64,000 nucleotides of DNA, taken from the NCBI GenBank assembly GCA_040954595.2, contig CM082586.2, forward strand, positions 8,525,337-8,589,336, read 5' to 3'. A program made the position numbers and the translations under genes. The notes beneath the pieces are model-generated. The model did not search any database. It worked only from the letters and a program-made list of their open reading frames with translations, and had not been told where the DNA came from. The DNA is from Balanoglossus misakiensis (lineage: Eukaryota > Animalia > Hemichordata). Below, piece after piece: positions 22,101 to 34,668 of the stretch. Position 1 is the stretch's first letter; each line of letters begins with the position of its first letter.

Positions 22101-25100
22101 TAACAGGAAACCAATATCAGTAACAACTACTGGTGTTATGACTAATATTACTGTGTGTGGGGTTACACCTATTAGAAAATTTCTCTAAGTATATAGAAGC
22201 CTGGGCATTTGTAGATTTTTGCAAGGTACACTAGTCGCTTGGTGGATGGTAAGCCCAGCACTGAATTCGAAACTCAGCCCAGTACCAGAAACTCGCTCAA
22301 AGAAAGCAAATACACAAAAAGTATTGTGAATCTCTATAAAGACAAAAAGTCACCAAGCGACTACTGGGCTAGCCTACATTCTTATCTGTTGCAACATTAC
22401 ACCATACATGTACAGTAAAACCTGTCCAAACCAAACACCAAAGGGACTGAAGAAATTGTTTGGTTTGTAGAGGTGCCTGGTTTATGGTTCTTCTATCATG
22501 TGGTTCTTTGTCAAAGGGACAGGAAAATGTGTTTGGTAAAGACAGGATTCCGTATTAGACAGGGTTTGGTTCAGACAGGTTTTACTGTAATTGATCATAA
22601 ATGTACATATTATGACTTACCCTGGTGTGGCAAACTGTGATGATTCCGAAGCAATGGCAATATCACAACTGGCAACCAATTGACATCCAGCAGCTGTGGC
22701 TATCCCTAAATTATGAAGGAGATTTTACTGTGAGTTTTGCAAGTAATTGTGGCTGTAGCTCTCTTGAGCTTATTCACTCCCACTTCTTAACTACGAGGAT
22801 TAAAACACACCTGTGACATTTAACCCTAATTCTACTGGGTGTCATACCTGTTTAGAGTGTCAAGTCCCTTAAAATACGTATTTGCCATTTTTTCTTCTAA
22901 AACGTATTTTGACTGTCTTGGCATGGCTCTCATACGTACTTAGACACACTTGGCAGTCTGACCCCCCTGTAAAATGTACCAAATCGCACTGGTTTGCACT
23001 GTTTTGGTTTGAGGGTCTTGTATAGGCCCTACTGATTAACACACACTTGGTAGTCTAACAGGCCTGGGAGCCAGGATTCTAGGCACCCTGGAAATCAAAC
23101 CAGTTTCAACTGACTTGGCAGCTTTAGGGTTAAACTTGCTTCAAAATATGATACTATATCCATAAACATGCAATCTTTCCACAAGCAATGGTCAGGAAAC
23201 TTCTGTGCGGTAGGGTATGAATCCTTGTGTGCCTTCCACAAACAGAGAGCAACCTGTGATTTTTTGTTTTCCCAATCCCACTTGTGCAGCAACTTACCTT
23301 GCACTTGTGCAATGACTGGTACAGGCAAGTCTCTGATGAGAGTCATAACACTGGAGCATGTATGAAACACTTTGGCATGATACTCTCGGTCTTGCTTGGT
23401 CGTCTGAAAATAGCAGATGTTCAATAATAAATACCATGAATGAGAGAAAATACAGAATACATCTACAGTTAATACATTGGTTGAAAATTGAGAATAAAAT
23501 GGATGTTAGCAATATTCCTGCTTTATTAGTTTGAGCCAAAATGTCTTCAGATATAGCTTGTTTATGCACAAGTGCATTTTCACATGGTCTTTTCAATACA
23601 GGGAAACATGCTTACCATATTTGATTAAAATCAGATGTAGGGTTCGGCAACATTTTTTACTTACGCAGTACGGTAGTGTGAGATTGCAGCATAAGAATAC
23701 TGTGCCTCGTAAGTAAGAGACGTCGCTGTACCCTACATGTGATTTTAATCAGATTGGATGACCATGCTCGTGTACCAAGTTTGAATGAAATTAGTGAAGT
23801 AATGAGTCCCTGATGGACAATCAGACAAGTGGAAGAAGCTCAAACCATTAGTCCCCATGGACGAACGTACAAGACACAAAGCCAAAGCACTGGGTAACAT
23901 ATACTCACCAATTCTTTCAGGTTGTGTCCAGATGAAAAAACGGGACCATTTGATGAAATGATGATAACTCTGAGATCTTCATTGTCAACGTCATGCTTCA
24001 AATCATCATGTAATGATTCTAACATCGCCAATGATAGAGCATTCCTGAAAAGAACAGGTCATCGTCAAAATAGACGTCTCGGATGATTAAAATAGCGGGT
24101 GCTGTGATTGGTATCAGCCAATGCCCTTTAATTATTGGAAAACAATAGCTTATCATCATAAAATTATTTATTATATTGTTATGCAAATTTGTCGATACCT
24201 CATCAGAAATTCCTGGGGAGAACATTGACATAGCTAAATACAGACAGAACTGTGACAGGATTTGTCTGCACCAGGTCTGTCACAGGTCTGATGTGGCCCT
24301 GGCCGAGCATAAACGGTGCATGTCTGACAAGCAAGCCATGCACCAGACAAGATTTGCAACACATAGACTGGACTTGTTCTGACAGACTTGCCAGTGCTTT
24401 ATGGCTTTGTCTAAAGTGAATTTGGTTTCATGACTTTCTTCTTTTCTAAGACATAAAAGCAACCACTGTGTAAAAACTCTCAAGCGACTATGAGTTGACC
24501 TGACCATTACATGTATACATACTGCATACCTTCTTTTGGGGTCATTTAATAATATTTTTCTAATTCCATTTTCTTGAGTCCTTATTGTGAAACGTTCCTC
24601 CCTCTTCTCTGCTGAAGAATCTGAATACCAACAACGGCAAACTTTCCTGCTTGAACTGGTAAATGTCACTGACTTGAATAGAAGTCCACTTAAATGTAGA
24701 GATGTTAACTCTCTAAAGGGCTGAAAAAAAAAGAAAATTACAACTTACAATTTTAAGTTTTATGGGGAAAAGGCAGATTACATGTAGGTCTTGGGTTAGG
24801 AATAAAATAAGTGATAATGTATTTTGGATGGTTCTAAAATTAAGCAATAAAGCACCCCCAGCCATGGTATACCACGAGATTTTGACCAGTTCACGACATA
24901 TACGCACGAGCGATAGCGAGTGCGTATATGGAGTTGAACTGGTCAAAATCGAGTGGTATAACATGGCTGGGGTGTTTTATTGCTATTATATTATGCCAGT
25001 ATATTGAAACTTTGCATAAAACATTTTAAAAAGGCATTTTCTTTGACTATGATATATGACTGTGGTATATGGCTAATATATCACGGTCACGTGTCGTGTC

Positions 25101-26577
25101 TCGACCAATCAAATAGCGTGATTTACACCATCAATATACTTGTATAATATAATTCGGTAATACCACATGAGGGCGTTTACAGAATAGGCAAGTTGTGTGA
25201 TTAGCGGCGCGTCCACATGACATTATATACATAACGCGGACGCGCATTTTAAACAGTATCACACAGTCTTGGAGCAAGACTAAGGGGACACCAACACATG
25301 CAATCCCGGCGCGACAACCTATCAGTCACCTTCAAAGGTAACGAGAATTCACCAAACATTTGACAGAAGTACACAGACCCCTAATGGGTCCCTGGAGGAG
25401 GTCTGGGTTTTGGAGTTTGCTGAATCATCCTGCTTCCTAAAGAATCAATGTTGCATAACCACCTTGACACGTATCCTATATAGTACATGCATACCCTAGT
25501 TATATATATCATTCTAGTTATGCAACATTGATTTTGGGGCTTGTGTCTCGATCCCCTTCTAGCTCCATGCATGGACGTACCATGCTCTGGTGTCAGGTGT
25601 CCAAATCGGAGGATACAATAATTTAAATGGTATCGCCCAGGGGTAAGGTCCCTTTCGGCTCGGACATCCGTACCCGTTCTGGCCAAAAGCCCAATTAACC
25701 CCCCCCCCCCCCCGCCATCAATCCAAGTACATGTACATATGTACATGTACCCATATTATTAGGGTATCATCAGGCGCCACCTGACTCATTGTTGCCGAGT
25801 TCAGTAAAGTTAAGGTTAGACTGGACGACCAAACGGCTGGTGTTGGATATAGCTCTGCGTACAGGTCTGTCTGCTCCCGGCGTTACACTGTGGTGGAGGC
25901 CGTGTAACGCCGGGAGCACACAGACCTGGGATCTGGTTCACTTAGTGGACACGACTATACCCCATGGCAACGATACCATGGCAATGAGGGTGAGTTAGGG
26001 TTAGGGTTAGGGGTGGCAATGTGAGGGTGAATTTAACCCTAACCCTAACCCTCCTAACCCTAACCCTAAAAAACCATGTTATCGCCCATGGAGTATAGTC
26101 GTGTCCACTAAGTGAACCAGATCCCAGACCTGTAGGCTGTACGCAGAGCTAGTGTTGGGTAGAGCGAGTGGGCGTGTCATCATGAAACGACATCGGTGGA
26201 ATTCTCCCATTTAACTGTCAAGTGTACCTTGCTGCACTACCTCTGCTCGGCAAAGCTGTGTATTGTTACCAGTTGGTTGGAGAAGCAGCCGTTAACAATG
26301 CACAGCCTAGATGTTTTACTGAAGCAATGAGCTAGAAGGGGAAGGCTCCATAGCAAACCCCGACTGGCCCGAGTTACTGCAAGTCAAAACTCAGCCACCA
26401 CACAAAGACACGTCCTCGCGTGACACATTTATTGTACTGTTGTTGGGGAGACTGTATATGTCGACCCAACCAAGCTATGTAGACCGAATGAAAAGTACGA
26501 ACGACCGCATATGCACGTAAATTGTTGTTTACCTTAGACACGTTGGATATGACGATCCCGAACCTGGAGGCCGCCAT
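19135..26577 (-). CDS. ECHDC3: Enoyl-CoA hydratase domain-containing protein 3 (mitochondrial crotonase family), 9 exons
   Basis: Exons 26577-26533, 24720-24530, 24044-23909, 23403-23298, 22705-22621, 22016-21907, 20852-20794, 20105-19999, 19267-19135 (TGA), all phase-compatible. Motifs [91 protein letters not shown]. Confidence 0.95.
19381..19647. mobile_element. Kolobok-like MITE family B, copy 1
   Basis: TTAA-AGG(G/A)..AAAGTCTCTCTCTCGCTG ... CAGCGAGAGAGAGACTTTGTCCCT-TTAA, long inverted arms; related copies at 42641 and 62983. Confidence 0.8.
20545..20732. mobile_element. Tc1/pogo-like MITE (TA TSD)
   Basis: TA-CTGTTAAACGGGTAATTTTTGCG ... CGCAAAAATAACCCGTTTTACAG-TA; a terminal remnant also at ~30670-30700. 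Confidence 0.7.
21470..21616. mobile_element. Palindromic MITE
   Basis: GACCACTTCGCGGATAG ... CTATCCGCGAAGTGGTC inverted termini plus an internal AACGCA/TGCGTT stem. Confidence 0.65.
22413..22587. mobile_element. Tc1/pogo (Tigger-like) MITE family D, copy 1
   Basis: TA-CAGTAAAACCTGTC ... GACAGGTTTTACTG-TA; second copy at 63374-63531. Confidence 0.8.
22824..23129. mobile_element. piggyBac-type MITE, copy 1
   Basis: TTAA-CCCTAA ... TTAGGG-TTAA; a closely similar inverted copy at 57809-58092. Confidence 0.8.
23622..23790. repeat. Dispersed hairpin repeat (second copy at 34525-34668)
   Basis: GATTAAAATCAGATGTAGGGT ... ACCCTACAT..GATTTTAATCAGATTGGATGA.CATGCTCGTGTACCAAGT in both copies. Confidence 0.75.
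24843..24987. repeat. Palindromic repeat, probably a non-autonomous DNA element
   Basis: AGCAATAAAGCACCCCCAGCCATG..TATACCAC..GATTTTGACCAGTTCA pairs with TGAACTGGTCAAAATC..GTGGTATA..CATGGCTGGGGTGTTTTATTGCT. Confidence 0.7.
25850..26151. mobile_element. TAG..CTA TIR element (Academ-like) containing nested hairpins and inverted telomeric repeats
   Basis: TAGCTCTGCGTACAG ... CTGTACGCAGAGCTA; flanks GTGTTGGATA / GTGTTGGGTA; inner 33-bp inverted repeat enclosing (TTAGGG)n and (CCCTAA)n. Confidence 0.7.
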
Positions 26578-27010
26578 CTTGTAACTTTCTATTTACTGCA
26601 AGGGATCATGGGTATTTTCGTTGATCAAAGCTGCGTGCGTTCGAGCTTTCTGCATTGCATAATTTTTCAGCATAATCCTTTTCATTAAAAAGTATCTATT
26701 TTTCTAAACATACTTATTAGTTCTACATTCAGGCTAGTTAAAATTATTCCAATGTCTTGCGGTCTTAGAAATCATGACTGAACACAGTGAACTCAGCCTG
26801 AGTGAACTGAACAATACAGTGCACTGTTGTTATGTAAATTTATGACCTTTCGGTTGGCAAGGGATGCGTGCATAAACAGAAACCATGTTTGGATCGACGT
26901 CTTGCACACAGGCGGAGATCACACCATCAACGCATTGTACTCGAAATACATGTATGTGATAAACACTGTTGTAACGGTTGTACGTCTCATCTAGGGCTGT
27001 GTTAGCGAAA
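26578..27010. promoter_or_regulatory. Probable bidirectional promoter between ECHDC3 and the membrane-protein gene
   Basis: Divergent start codons only 433 bp apart. Inferred from gene models; no TSS data. Confidence 0.55.
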
Positions 27011-30000
27011 ATGAAGACCCCGACCATTCTGTTGGTCTTGGCAGTACTTCCATGTGCAATCTCTTTGACGCTTGAAGGCAAGTAATTAATTAATTAGTAA
27101 GGGCCCGGCTACAGTGGAACATATGCCGATCAGTGATTTGGATAACTGCAGTTCAGTAGCTCGAGGTACGTTTTGCCTGTTGGTTTGTGTGTTAGAAGGC
27201 AGAACCGCCGAAAACACAAACCAACCCCGGCCCTGGTAAGTGAAAAACCTCGAGCGAGCGAGGTACTGAACTGCAGCTGTGAGGCCGTGCTGTTGTGTGT
27301 GTGTGTGTGTGTGTATGGGGGGGGGGGTGATTGATGACCTGGAAAAAACGCATCACTGTATGTCCAATAACATACAGGTCTGTGTGTTCCCGGCGTTACA
27401 CGGCTTCTACCACCTCCACCTCCTGATATACGTGTATAAATATTTTGTCTCAGAAGTGATCAAAGTCATTAGTTTGGGAAATTCGGGTCATCTAGACGGG
27501 GGGAGGGGGGGGATTCACCCCTTATTGACATGTTAGCACCCCCTAGGAGTTTGTCAAGGGGGACCAGTGCCCCTTAAAATGATGTTGTTTACATGTTGGA
27601 GATATGACAGTCCCCTTGCCAGAGTGGAACCCCCTAAATATTCTGGCAATGGGGGGACATATCCCCAGGACCCCCTGTTGTCATGCCATCCTGAATGAAA
27701 CACCGGGATTTTGCTGATTGCACTTTATACGTATTAGAATGTAAGCAAAAGACCCTCAGTATATTTATGGGCGTGCACCCATAAATATCTTTTGCCGGTT
27801 GCTATGGACAGTACACTCAGTTTTGAATGCATGTCAGAATAGGGGGCTTGTAAGTAGTTGAAAGTTAAATACACACGATTGTGAGTTTTGATTGATTGAT
27901 TGATTGATTTATTTATTTATTTATTTTTCTATTTATTTATTTTTCTATTTATTTATTTTTCTATTTATCTATCTATTTATTTATTAATTTATTAAAATTA
28001 TGCCTTGAAACAACAGGCTTTCAACCAATTACAGTGCCAGTACGTGTACATGTGATAACAAATTGTGATAACAGAGGGCCAGCACAACCCCTGGATACAA
28101 TTATATCATTCTCCCATTTGGGTGAACAGCCCCATACACTTTGCAGTCAATTGACAGATGCCTATAATAGTGTTTTTACTTTTTTTACAGAGGAAATACC
28201 TGACAATACCCTCAAAGTCACGTTTAAGGATGTTTCTCTCAATCAAGTAAGTGTATCACCAGAAAAATCAGATAAACATGCATTGCATTACAGGAACTTT
28301 TGACTCAATTCTATAATCATCTTTATAACTCATGCCTGCTACTGTGCTAGCCTATGTATCCATTGAGTTTTTGACTTTGTTCTGTGTTTTGTCGATTGTC
28401 TTGTACACATAGAGGCTGTGTTGGCAAGCTGAACACTGGGTTGTTCAACATGCCTCAGCCCGGAAATTGTAGTTGATACGCAGAATAAAAATACTTAACA
28501 AATATTAAGAATGTTCAGTTTTAATACATATTGATGAGGGAAGGCACCAGTTTCAAATTCTTTTCATGGGATCCCTGTTTTATGATGATGATGATGATGA
28601 TGGTGGTGATGACGATGGCGATAATGATGATGATGAGGATGATGATGATGATGATGATGGTGATGACGATGATGATGATGGTGGTGGTGGTGGTGGTGGT
28701 GAGATGATGACGATGATGATGACGTTGATGATGACGTTAAGGCTGAATATACATGTACCATACTTTTTTGGTCTTCATGCAGTGGTCTAGTCAACATTCC
28801 AGTTCAATTTTCCGGGAAGAAGTTGCCAATCTCACAAATACCTACTGTGTATTGCGTTCCAAAGACTGTTCAATACAACAATATAATCAATCCAAGTAAG
28901 TTTCTGTTTATTGACCACTGTTACAAAGCAGGTGGCCAATGAACGGCACCACATTACAATTTTACAGTTATGAACAAAAGACGTTTCTGCATAAAACAAA
29001 GAAAAAACACAAAAAAGATTTCCAGTGAATGCAGGGCTGCCACTACACACTGGTATTCACCAATTCGCCAAATGCCACTAAAAATTCTAATCTATCTGAC
29101 TAAACTTATCATTTTGCAAAGCCGTACTAGACGAAATACTTTTTTTCAGTGACGAGAAAATATGAATCGCTGTAAGAGGTTATAACTGAGTTGAATGAAA
29201 TGAGTGGCTGAACTAAATAGTGAACTTGGCTGTAGGTGAAAAAGACAACAAAACCAGTTTGAGCAACATCCCTTTGAAACACAAATGCTGTCTGGGTGCT
29301 GTCAAACACCAGGTTTTTCATCAACTTATTGCATTCCAATTTTTCATGCCACCAAACCCTATATTTTATTTATTTTGCAGCCCAATAACTATTGAAAATG
29401 TGATTCTATCTGGTTTCCCAGTTGAAACACTAGGAGGTGATTTAGAAATCAGATTTTATGTGACATTGACAGGTCAGACAGATATCACAGAAGCTGGACC
29501 TGACCATGTCATTGCTCTGGATACTTTGAAAGGTAGATAAAATCAGTTTTGTTAAAATACAAAGTACATGTCAAACTTACTTTGGTTTAATGAGTAAAAT
29601 ATCATAAGGCAAAAAAAAAAAAAATATGCGCTGTTCCGATTACATGGTTTTCAAAAATAGGGTAGGTAGGTAGGGATTTTTTTTTTTTTTTTTTGCAATT
29701 TTTTTATATCTTTGGCCGCCGTAGTGTAGAAGAATGACGTCATAGTTCTTGCGTGATTCTTGCAATTTTCATAAATTTGACATCATTATTTTTACTTCTG
29801 TGTTTACGAAGCTCTAAAAAGTTTAGGGTCGGCAGGCTAAAATTAGGGTAGGTCAGGTAATCGGAACAGCACATATTTTTTTTATTTTGGCCTTAGGCGT
29901 CCAAGTTCAGACAGGCCCGGTTGATTGAAATGTAACAAATTAGATTTGAATCTTTAACATTTCATCCGTGTTCCATCAGAGGGCACCAACAAGGGGTATT

Positions 30001-32182
30001 GTCACCTTCGGCAGAATATTTTTGAGGAATTCCACTCTGACAAGGGGAACTGATAATAATGATAGTTCTTTGATTACTTATAACAGAAATAATTTTAGCT
30101 GGCCAGTCTGAGATGGAACAAGTGATGGGATATACAATGATGTATGTGGACAGTACTCTGGTGTTACCTCCTCTAGATCACACGATGAATATTATCATGA
30201 TACCCATCTCATGTGCTCTGCTTATCATTGTCATCATTGTTGCTGCTGTTCTGCACTGTGTTGAGTAAGTACATGTGTCAATGTTTTCTTCATTAGACTA
30301 GCTGTGTGTTTGTAACAGTAGTCTTTGGTTTTGTTCACTGTTCACTGTATTGTCAACTTACACTGTTCATTTTCTGATTCAACTCCATGTGACATAGGGG
30401 GTCTGACTGGTCACACCAATTATTATAGTGGCTGCCTGCAGTCAGACCCCCTCTGTACGGAGAAGGCCAGAATGCCACTTAAAGGTATACGGTCACCACC
30501 AATTTACATATCGCCATATATAGTTGAAATGGCGTATTTGAGTGTTCTAAAGAACACTTTATTTTCGCGTGTGCCACCCACTGAAAATCTGTGATTGGTT
30601 AGATCTCAATTTACCATGGTAACTGTGGCTAAATTTGTATAGGTGACCATATACCTTTAAAGGGACAAAATGCTCGCGAAAATAACCCGTTTTACAGTAC
30701 GTGAATTTACATGTATTTTTTATGGACACTTAAAAAATACACACAACTTGGAAACGTTGCCGCAACCTCTGGTACAGAGCCCTCACTGGACTACAGAAAT
30801 CTGTACATTGACTTATGCCAACTTGTACTAAAAGTTTATGTTCCTCTGGTTATGTGTTGTTTTATTAATTTAAGTAGGCATGTATTATATCAAAATGATT
30901 TTGATGCATTATGGACATGTCACATATACATAAATACAAACAACAGAGCCCTTACTTTGCAAATACATGTAACTATGAAACTCTTAATATTATATTTACA
31001 TTTTTAGGAAACGAAGAGAGGACGAAATGAGACCACCAAAAAGACCAAAAAGTAACAGCAAAGTTAGTCCATTACACAAAGATGTGGAATCAGGGAGAGA
31101 TATGGACAATGCAGAACACAATATACAAAACAATGGGGAATTCTCGGAGAGAAAGGATGAACGACAGAAGAAGAAAAGAAAGAAAGAGAAGAGATCCAAG
31201 CACAGTGAAGATCATGATGATACTGGTGAGGAGAACTATGGATATGCCACAACACCAAGAGGGGAAACTGAGAAAGAATATAACATCAAAACTGGTGCGT
31301 TTGTTGATTCATTTGTCGATGTTAAAGTGAAACCGTCATCGTGCCGCACTTGCGCACTGAGTCTGTTGATTGGGGCCGTCATTGTGTGGGACTCGCTGGC
31401 AACGTGGGTCAAATCTATTGACTCAGTGCGCAAGCGCGGCGCGATGACGGGTTCACTTTAACCTCTGAAATCAATGTGGAACAAATAACAGTAAACTCTT
31501 GACTGAATTTATGATTTTAAAAATGTTTACAAACAAACCATGCCTCAGCACACTTAAGAGTTGATGCCACCCCAAGTGCCTGATTGAAGCACCTCTCTGA
31601 TCACCTGGGTGTTCTAGAACTACAGATTATTTTAAAAGTTGGGGATACAGAACAAATTCCTGTGATTTACTTACAAGTACATGTATACTCATGTTTAAGA
31701 TACCAGAGTTTGATGTTTATATAGAATGTGAGAACTACAAGTTAAAAGTTGCATTCAGTGTGCAAACATCATTGAAAATTCTTCATTTGCATACATAAGC
31801 ACATGGCCTGTCAATTAAAATGTTCGCATCTGAGACTGAATTCTTTCCAATTGCATACACCTTTATTAAATGTTAAATTGAAATGTTGTCTTACACAGGA
31901 TCACACTACGACAACAACTTCGACAAAAAGGACACAAAAGATTACGGAAAGAGCGATAAAAGTGAGAGACACTCCAAAGAGTACAGGAATGATGATCGAT
32001 ATGACAGCTACGACGACCACGAGCGTAGCAGCAGACATCGAGGCAAAAAGAAGAAACACAAACACCGAGGAAGACGTCATCGAGATGAAAGTTCAGAAAC
32101 GGATCCAGATGTAGGATACCATCAACCACCAAGCAAACTACCTCCGTTGTCTGAACCCAACCATGCTACAACAGAATTGTAA
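27011..32182 (+). CDS. Uncharacterised type I single-pass membrane protein (signal peptide, small ectodomain, charged cytoplasmic tail)
   Basis: Exons 27011-27081 (MKTPTILLVLAVLPCAISLTLEG), 28017-28039 (possible micro-exon), 28191-28246, 28783-28895, 29381-29532, 30087-30264 (TM: IIMIPISCALLIIVIIVAAVL), 31008-31294, 31899-32182 (TAA). All phase-compatible. Confidence 0.8.
27888..27985. repeat. (TTGA)n/(TTTA)n microsatellite
   Basis: Direct reading. Confidence 0.85.
28582..28735. repeat. Degenerate (GAT/GGT)n microsatellite in an intron
   Basis: Direct reading. Confidence 0.9.
29608..29892. mobile_element. Harbinger/Tourist-like MITE family C, copy 1
   Basis: GGC-A-run-TATG.GCTGTTCCGATTAC ... 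GTAATCGGAACAGCACATA-T-run-GCC with TWA flanks; copies at 41751 and 52813. Confidence 0.85.
30483..30656. mobile_element. Kolobok-like MITE family A, copy 1
   Basis: TTAA-AGGTATACGGTCACC ... GGTGACCATATACCT-TTAA; four copies in the window. Confidence 0.85.
31326..31457. mobile_element. Kolobok-like palindromic MITE
   Basis: TTAA-AGTGAAACCGTCATCG.GCCGC.CTTGCGCACTGAGTC ... GACTCAGTGCGCAAG.GCGGC.CGATGACGGGTTCACT-TTAA. Confidence 0.8.
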
Positions 32183-32426
32183 ATATCTCCAATCATTTCA
32201 AGAATCATGTAAATGGTCTTCCCCTTATCTCAGTGGGGTGATCCATGGATATGATTTTTTCATCATAATTTCTACAACCAAAATGGCAGGGAATTTTTTT
32301 CTATATAATCAGGATATCTCATTTCTTAATTTTGAACTTCCTACAGTAGTAGTACTATTAAAGTCAGTGGAATTTGCTTTGATTCACAGGATGCCTACTT
32401 AAACTTTTAACTCCCAGGCCCATTAA

Positions 32427-32611
32427 AGGTATACAGTCACCTATGCACATTTAATCACGGTTGACCATTGAAAATTCAAATCTAGCCAATCACAGATTTT
32501 CAGTGGGTGGCACACGCAAAAAAAGTGCGCCACCACATGGCCACTCGAATACATATTTACGCCCTTTTGACCATATACAGGCACATGAAAATTAGATGTG
32601 ACCGTATACCT
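32427..32611. mobile_element. Kolobok-like MITE family A, copy 2
   Basis: TTAA-AGGTATACAGTCAC ... GTGACCGTATACCT-TTAA. Confidence 0.85.
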
Positions 32612-34524
32612 TTAACCTGCCAGGAGTGTGCAACATGACTACGCAGCCAAAACAGTGATGGGCAGTGAGGTTTAGTGGATTGGGGGGTAAAGGCTACAAA
32701 GTGCCAAGCTGGGATAGTACTGGTATATCAATTTGTATATATGATTATGCCATTGTGTTCGAAATAGGTTAAAATGAAAAAAGGGCTTAATACCACTTTC
32801 CACTGAGTTGGCAGGATTAAGTGTGTCACGCTCCTGACCGGATAAAGGTTAGCAATCAACAGATACATGTATCTAACAACAATTATGTTAGAAGATTTTT
32901 ACCCGAAGTAAACTATTCATTGCAGTTTGAACACATAAGTACACAATCGTTGTTGTTATATTTTTATACAATGGACTGCATTGAGTGCCAGAAACATGTG
33001 ATGTCTAACATCAAGCATACTGGATTTATCTGGCATGTCTTCTCATGCGGCCTTAGAACATCAGTGGTAGAAATAACTGTTCTTTGGTAGTGGTTTGGTT
33101 CCAAGATTTTTATTTTCATGTACTAATGTTCAATGTGGAGTAATCAAGGTATATAACAAAACGTATATAACAAAATGGCCATTACTGCATGGCCCTGCAT
33201 CATGATTGTGTAGTCAAAAGAAACATGTAAGTTTTATATGAAAACGAGTTACCGTAAATTAAAGAATTTCGTGAATACAGATTCAGTTAAATTTTTTGAG
33301 GTTTTAAGCAAACTTTATGGATTCATACAGGACTTAAATAAAGTGAAGGTCATAAAATGAAAAATCAGTCATAAGTGGCAAAATAAATGTAAATATTAGA
33401 CAGGGTAATATTCACTGATATTGCAACAAATCATTAACATATAAAATGAACTTGGGGGGGGGGGAGGTGGAGGCAGCTGTCAATCAAACAGTCAGAGAAT
33501 AATCAATGAAATTTACTTCTATTCCTCCTCAACCAAAAGTATAATGATAGTCTTGGTAGGTATTGGGGATTTGGACACGGAAATCCAACAAATAATTACG
33601 AGTGTTAGAACCCTGACGTGGAGGTGATTCATTTTCTCAGCTCAGAACTAGTTTGTCTAGTTCATTCAAATTCATATACATTTCCTTATTTTACATGTGA
33701 TTTTTGTATCCACTACACAAGATAATATGACTGGAAAATTATTTGTTGAATTGTCCTGGCCAAAGCTCATTTCAGTAGATTGTCAATTTGAAAGCATATT
33801 TCCAGTACTAATTCTAGAGAAATAGAGGTATCATGACATTGCACCACAAGAATTTCAAGTTTCATATTAGTGCCATATTGGTGCAAAAGAATAGATAGCT
33901 TCTTAGCACCAACAGTTAATTAAGTGCCAATTTCCTATGTTAATCTGCTGCCATTTTTCAGTGTATGTAACTACTGTGTAACCAAACATTCCATTTGATG
34001 GGACCCATAGTAATTTTTATACTAGTAATACTGGTATGCATATTTTCATTTTGAGAATTTATTTATTAAATCTTATTGTAGATAGATTGTATATTTTTAT
34101 CCTCCATACATTGTTGCCTGGTAATTTCATATTTTGACACAACTTGTCTTTCAGTTTTTTGAGTAACCAAAATTTAAAGGTGTCCATTTTTTCAAATACT
34201 TCTCTATAAATGACAAAGCACTGTATAAAATGTTTACTGTTTACATTCTGAGGCTGATACAAAGAGTACAAACAGAAACGTCAGTTGTTACAGCTCATAT
34301 TAGAATACCACCGCTGTCACATATGTTACACAGTCTCTTCATCCTTAAACAGCATTCACCTTGTGTGTTTTTGGAGCCAGTGTTGGCAACAGCGCCACCA
34401 TGAGTTGAGAAACGTAATTTCTGTTTTCTTGATTCACTTATGGCATCAATTTGCTTCTGTATAATAAAGTCAGTGTCGCTTTCATGCTTACTACCAGGTA
34501 GTAATTTGAGTCATATATAACAGC

Positions 34525-34668
34525 AATCTGATTAAAATCAGATGTAGGGTACGGTGGCGTCTTTTACTTGTGGGACAGCAGAAGAATGTTGTACCGTGTA
34601 AGTAAAAGGCGCGATGTACCCTACATCAGATTTTAATCAGATTGGATGATCATGCTCGTGTACCAAGT
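34525..34668. repeat. Dispersed hairpin repeat, copy 2 (cf. 23622)
   Basis: AATCTGATTAAAATCAGATGTAGGGTAC ... GTACCCTACATCAGATTTTAATCAGATT. Confidence 0.75.

Noticed and set aside
31295-31461. Extension of ORF 31027-31461 with a hydrophobic end
   Set aside because: Read-through past the donor at 31295 into a palindromic MITE.
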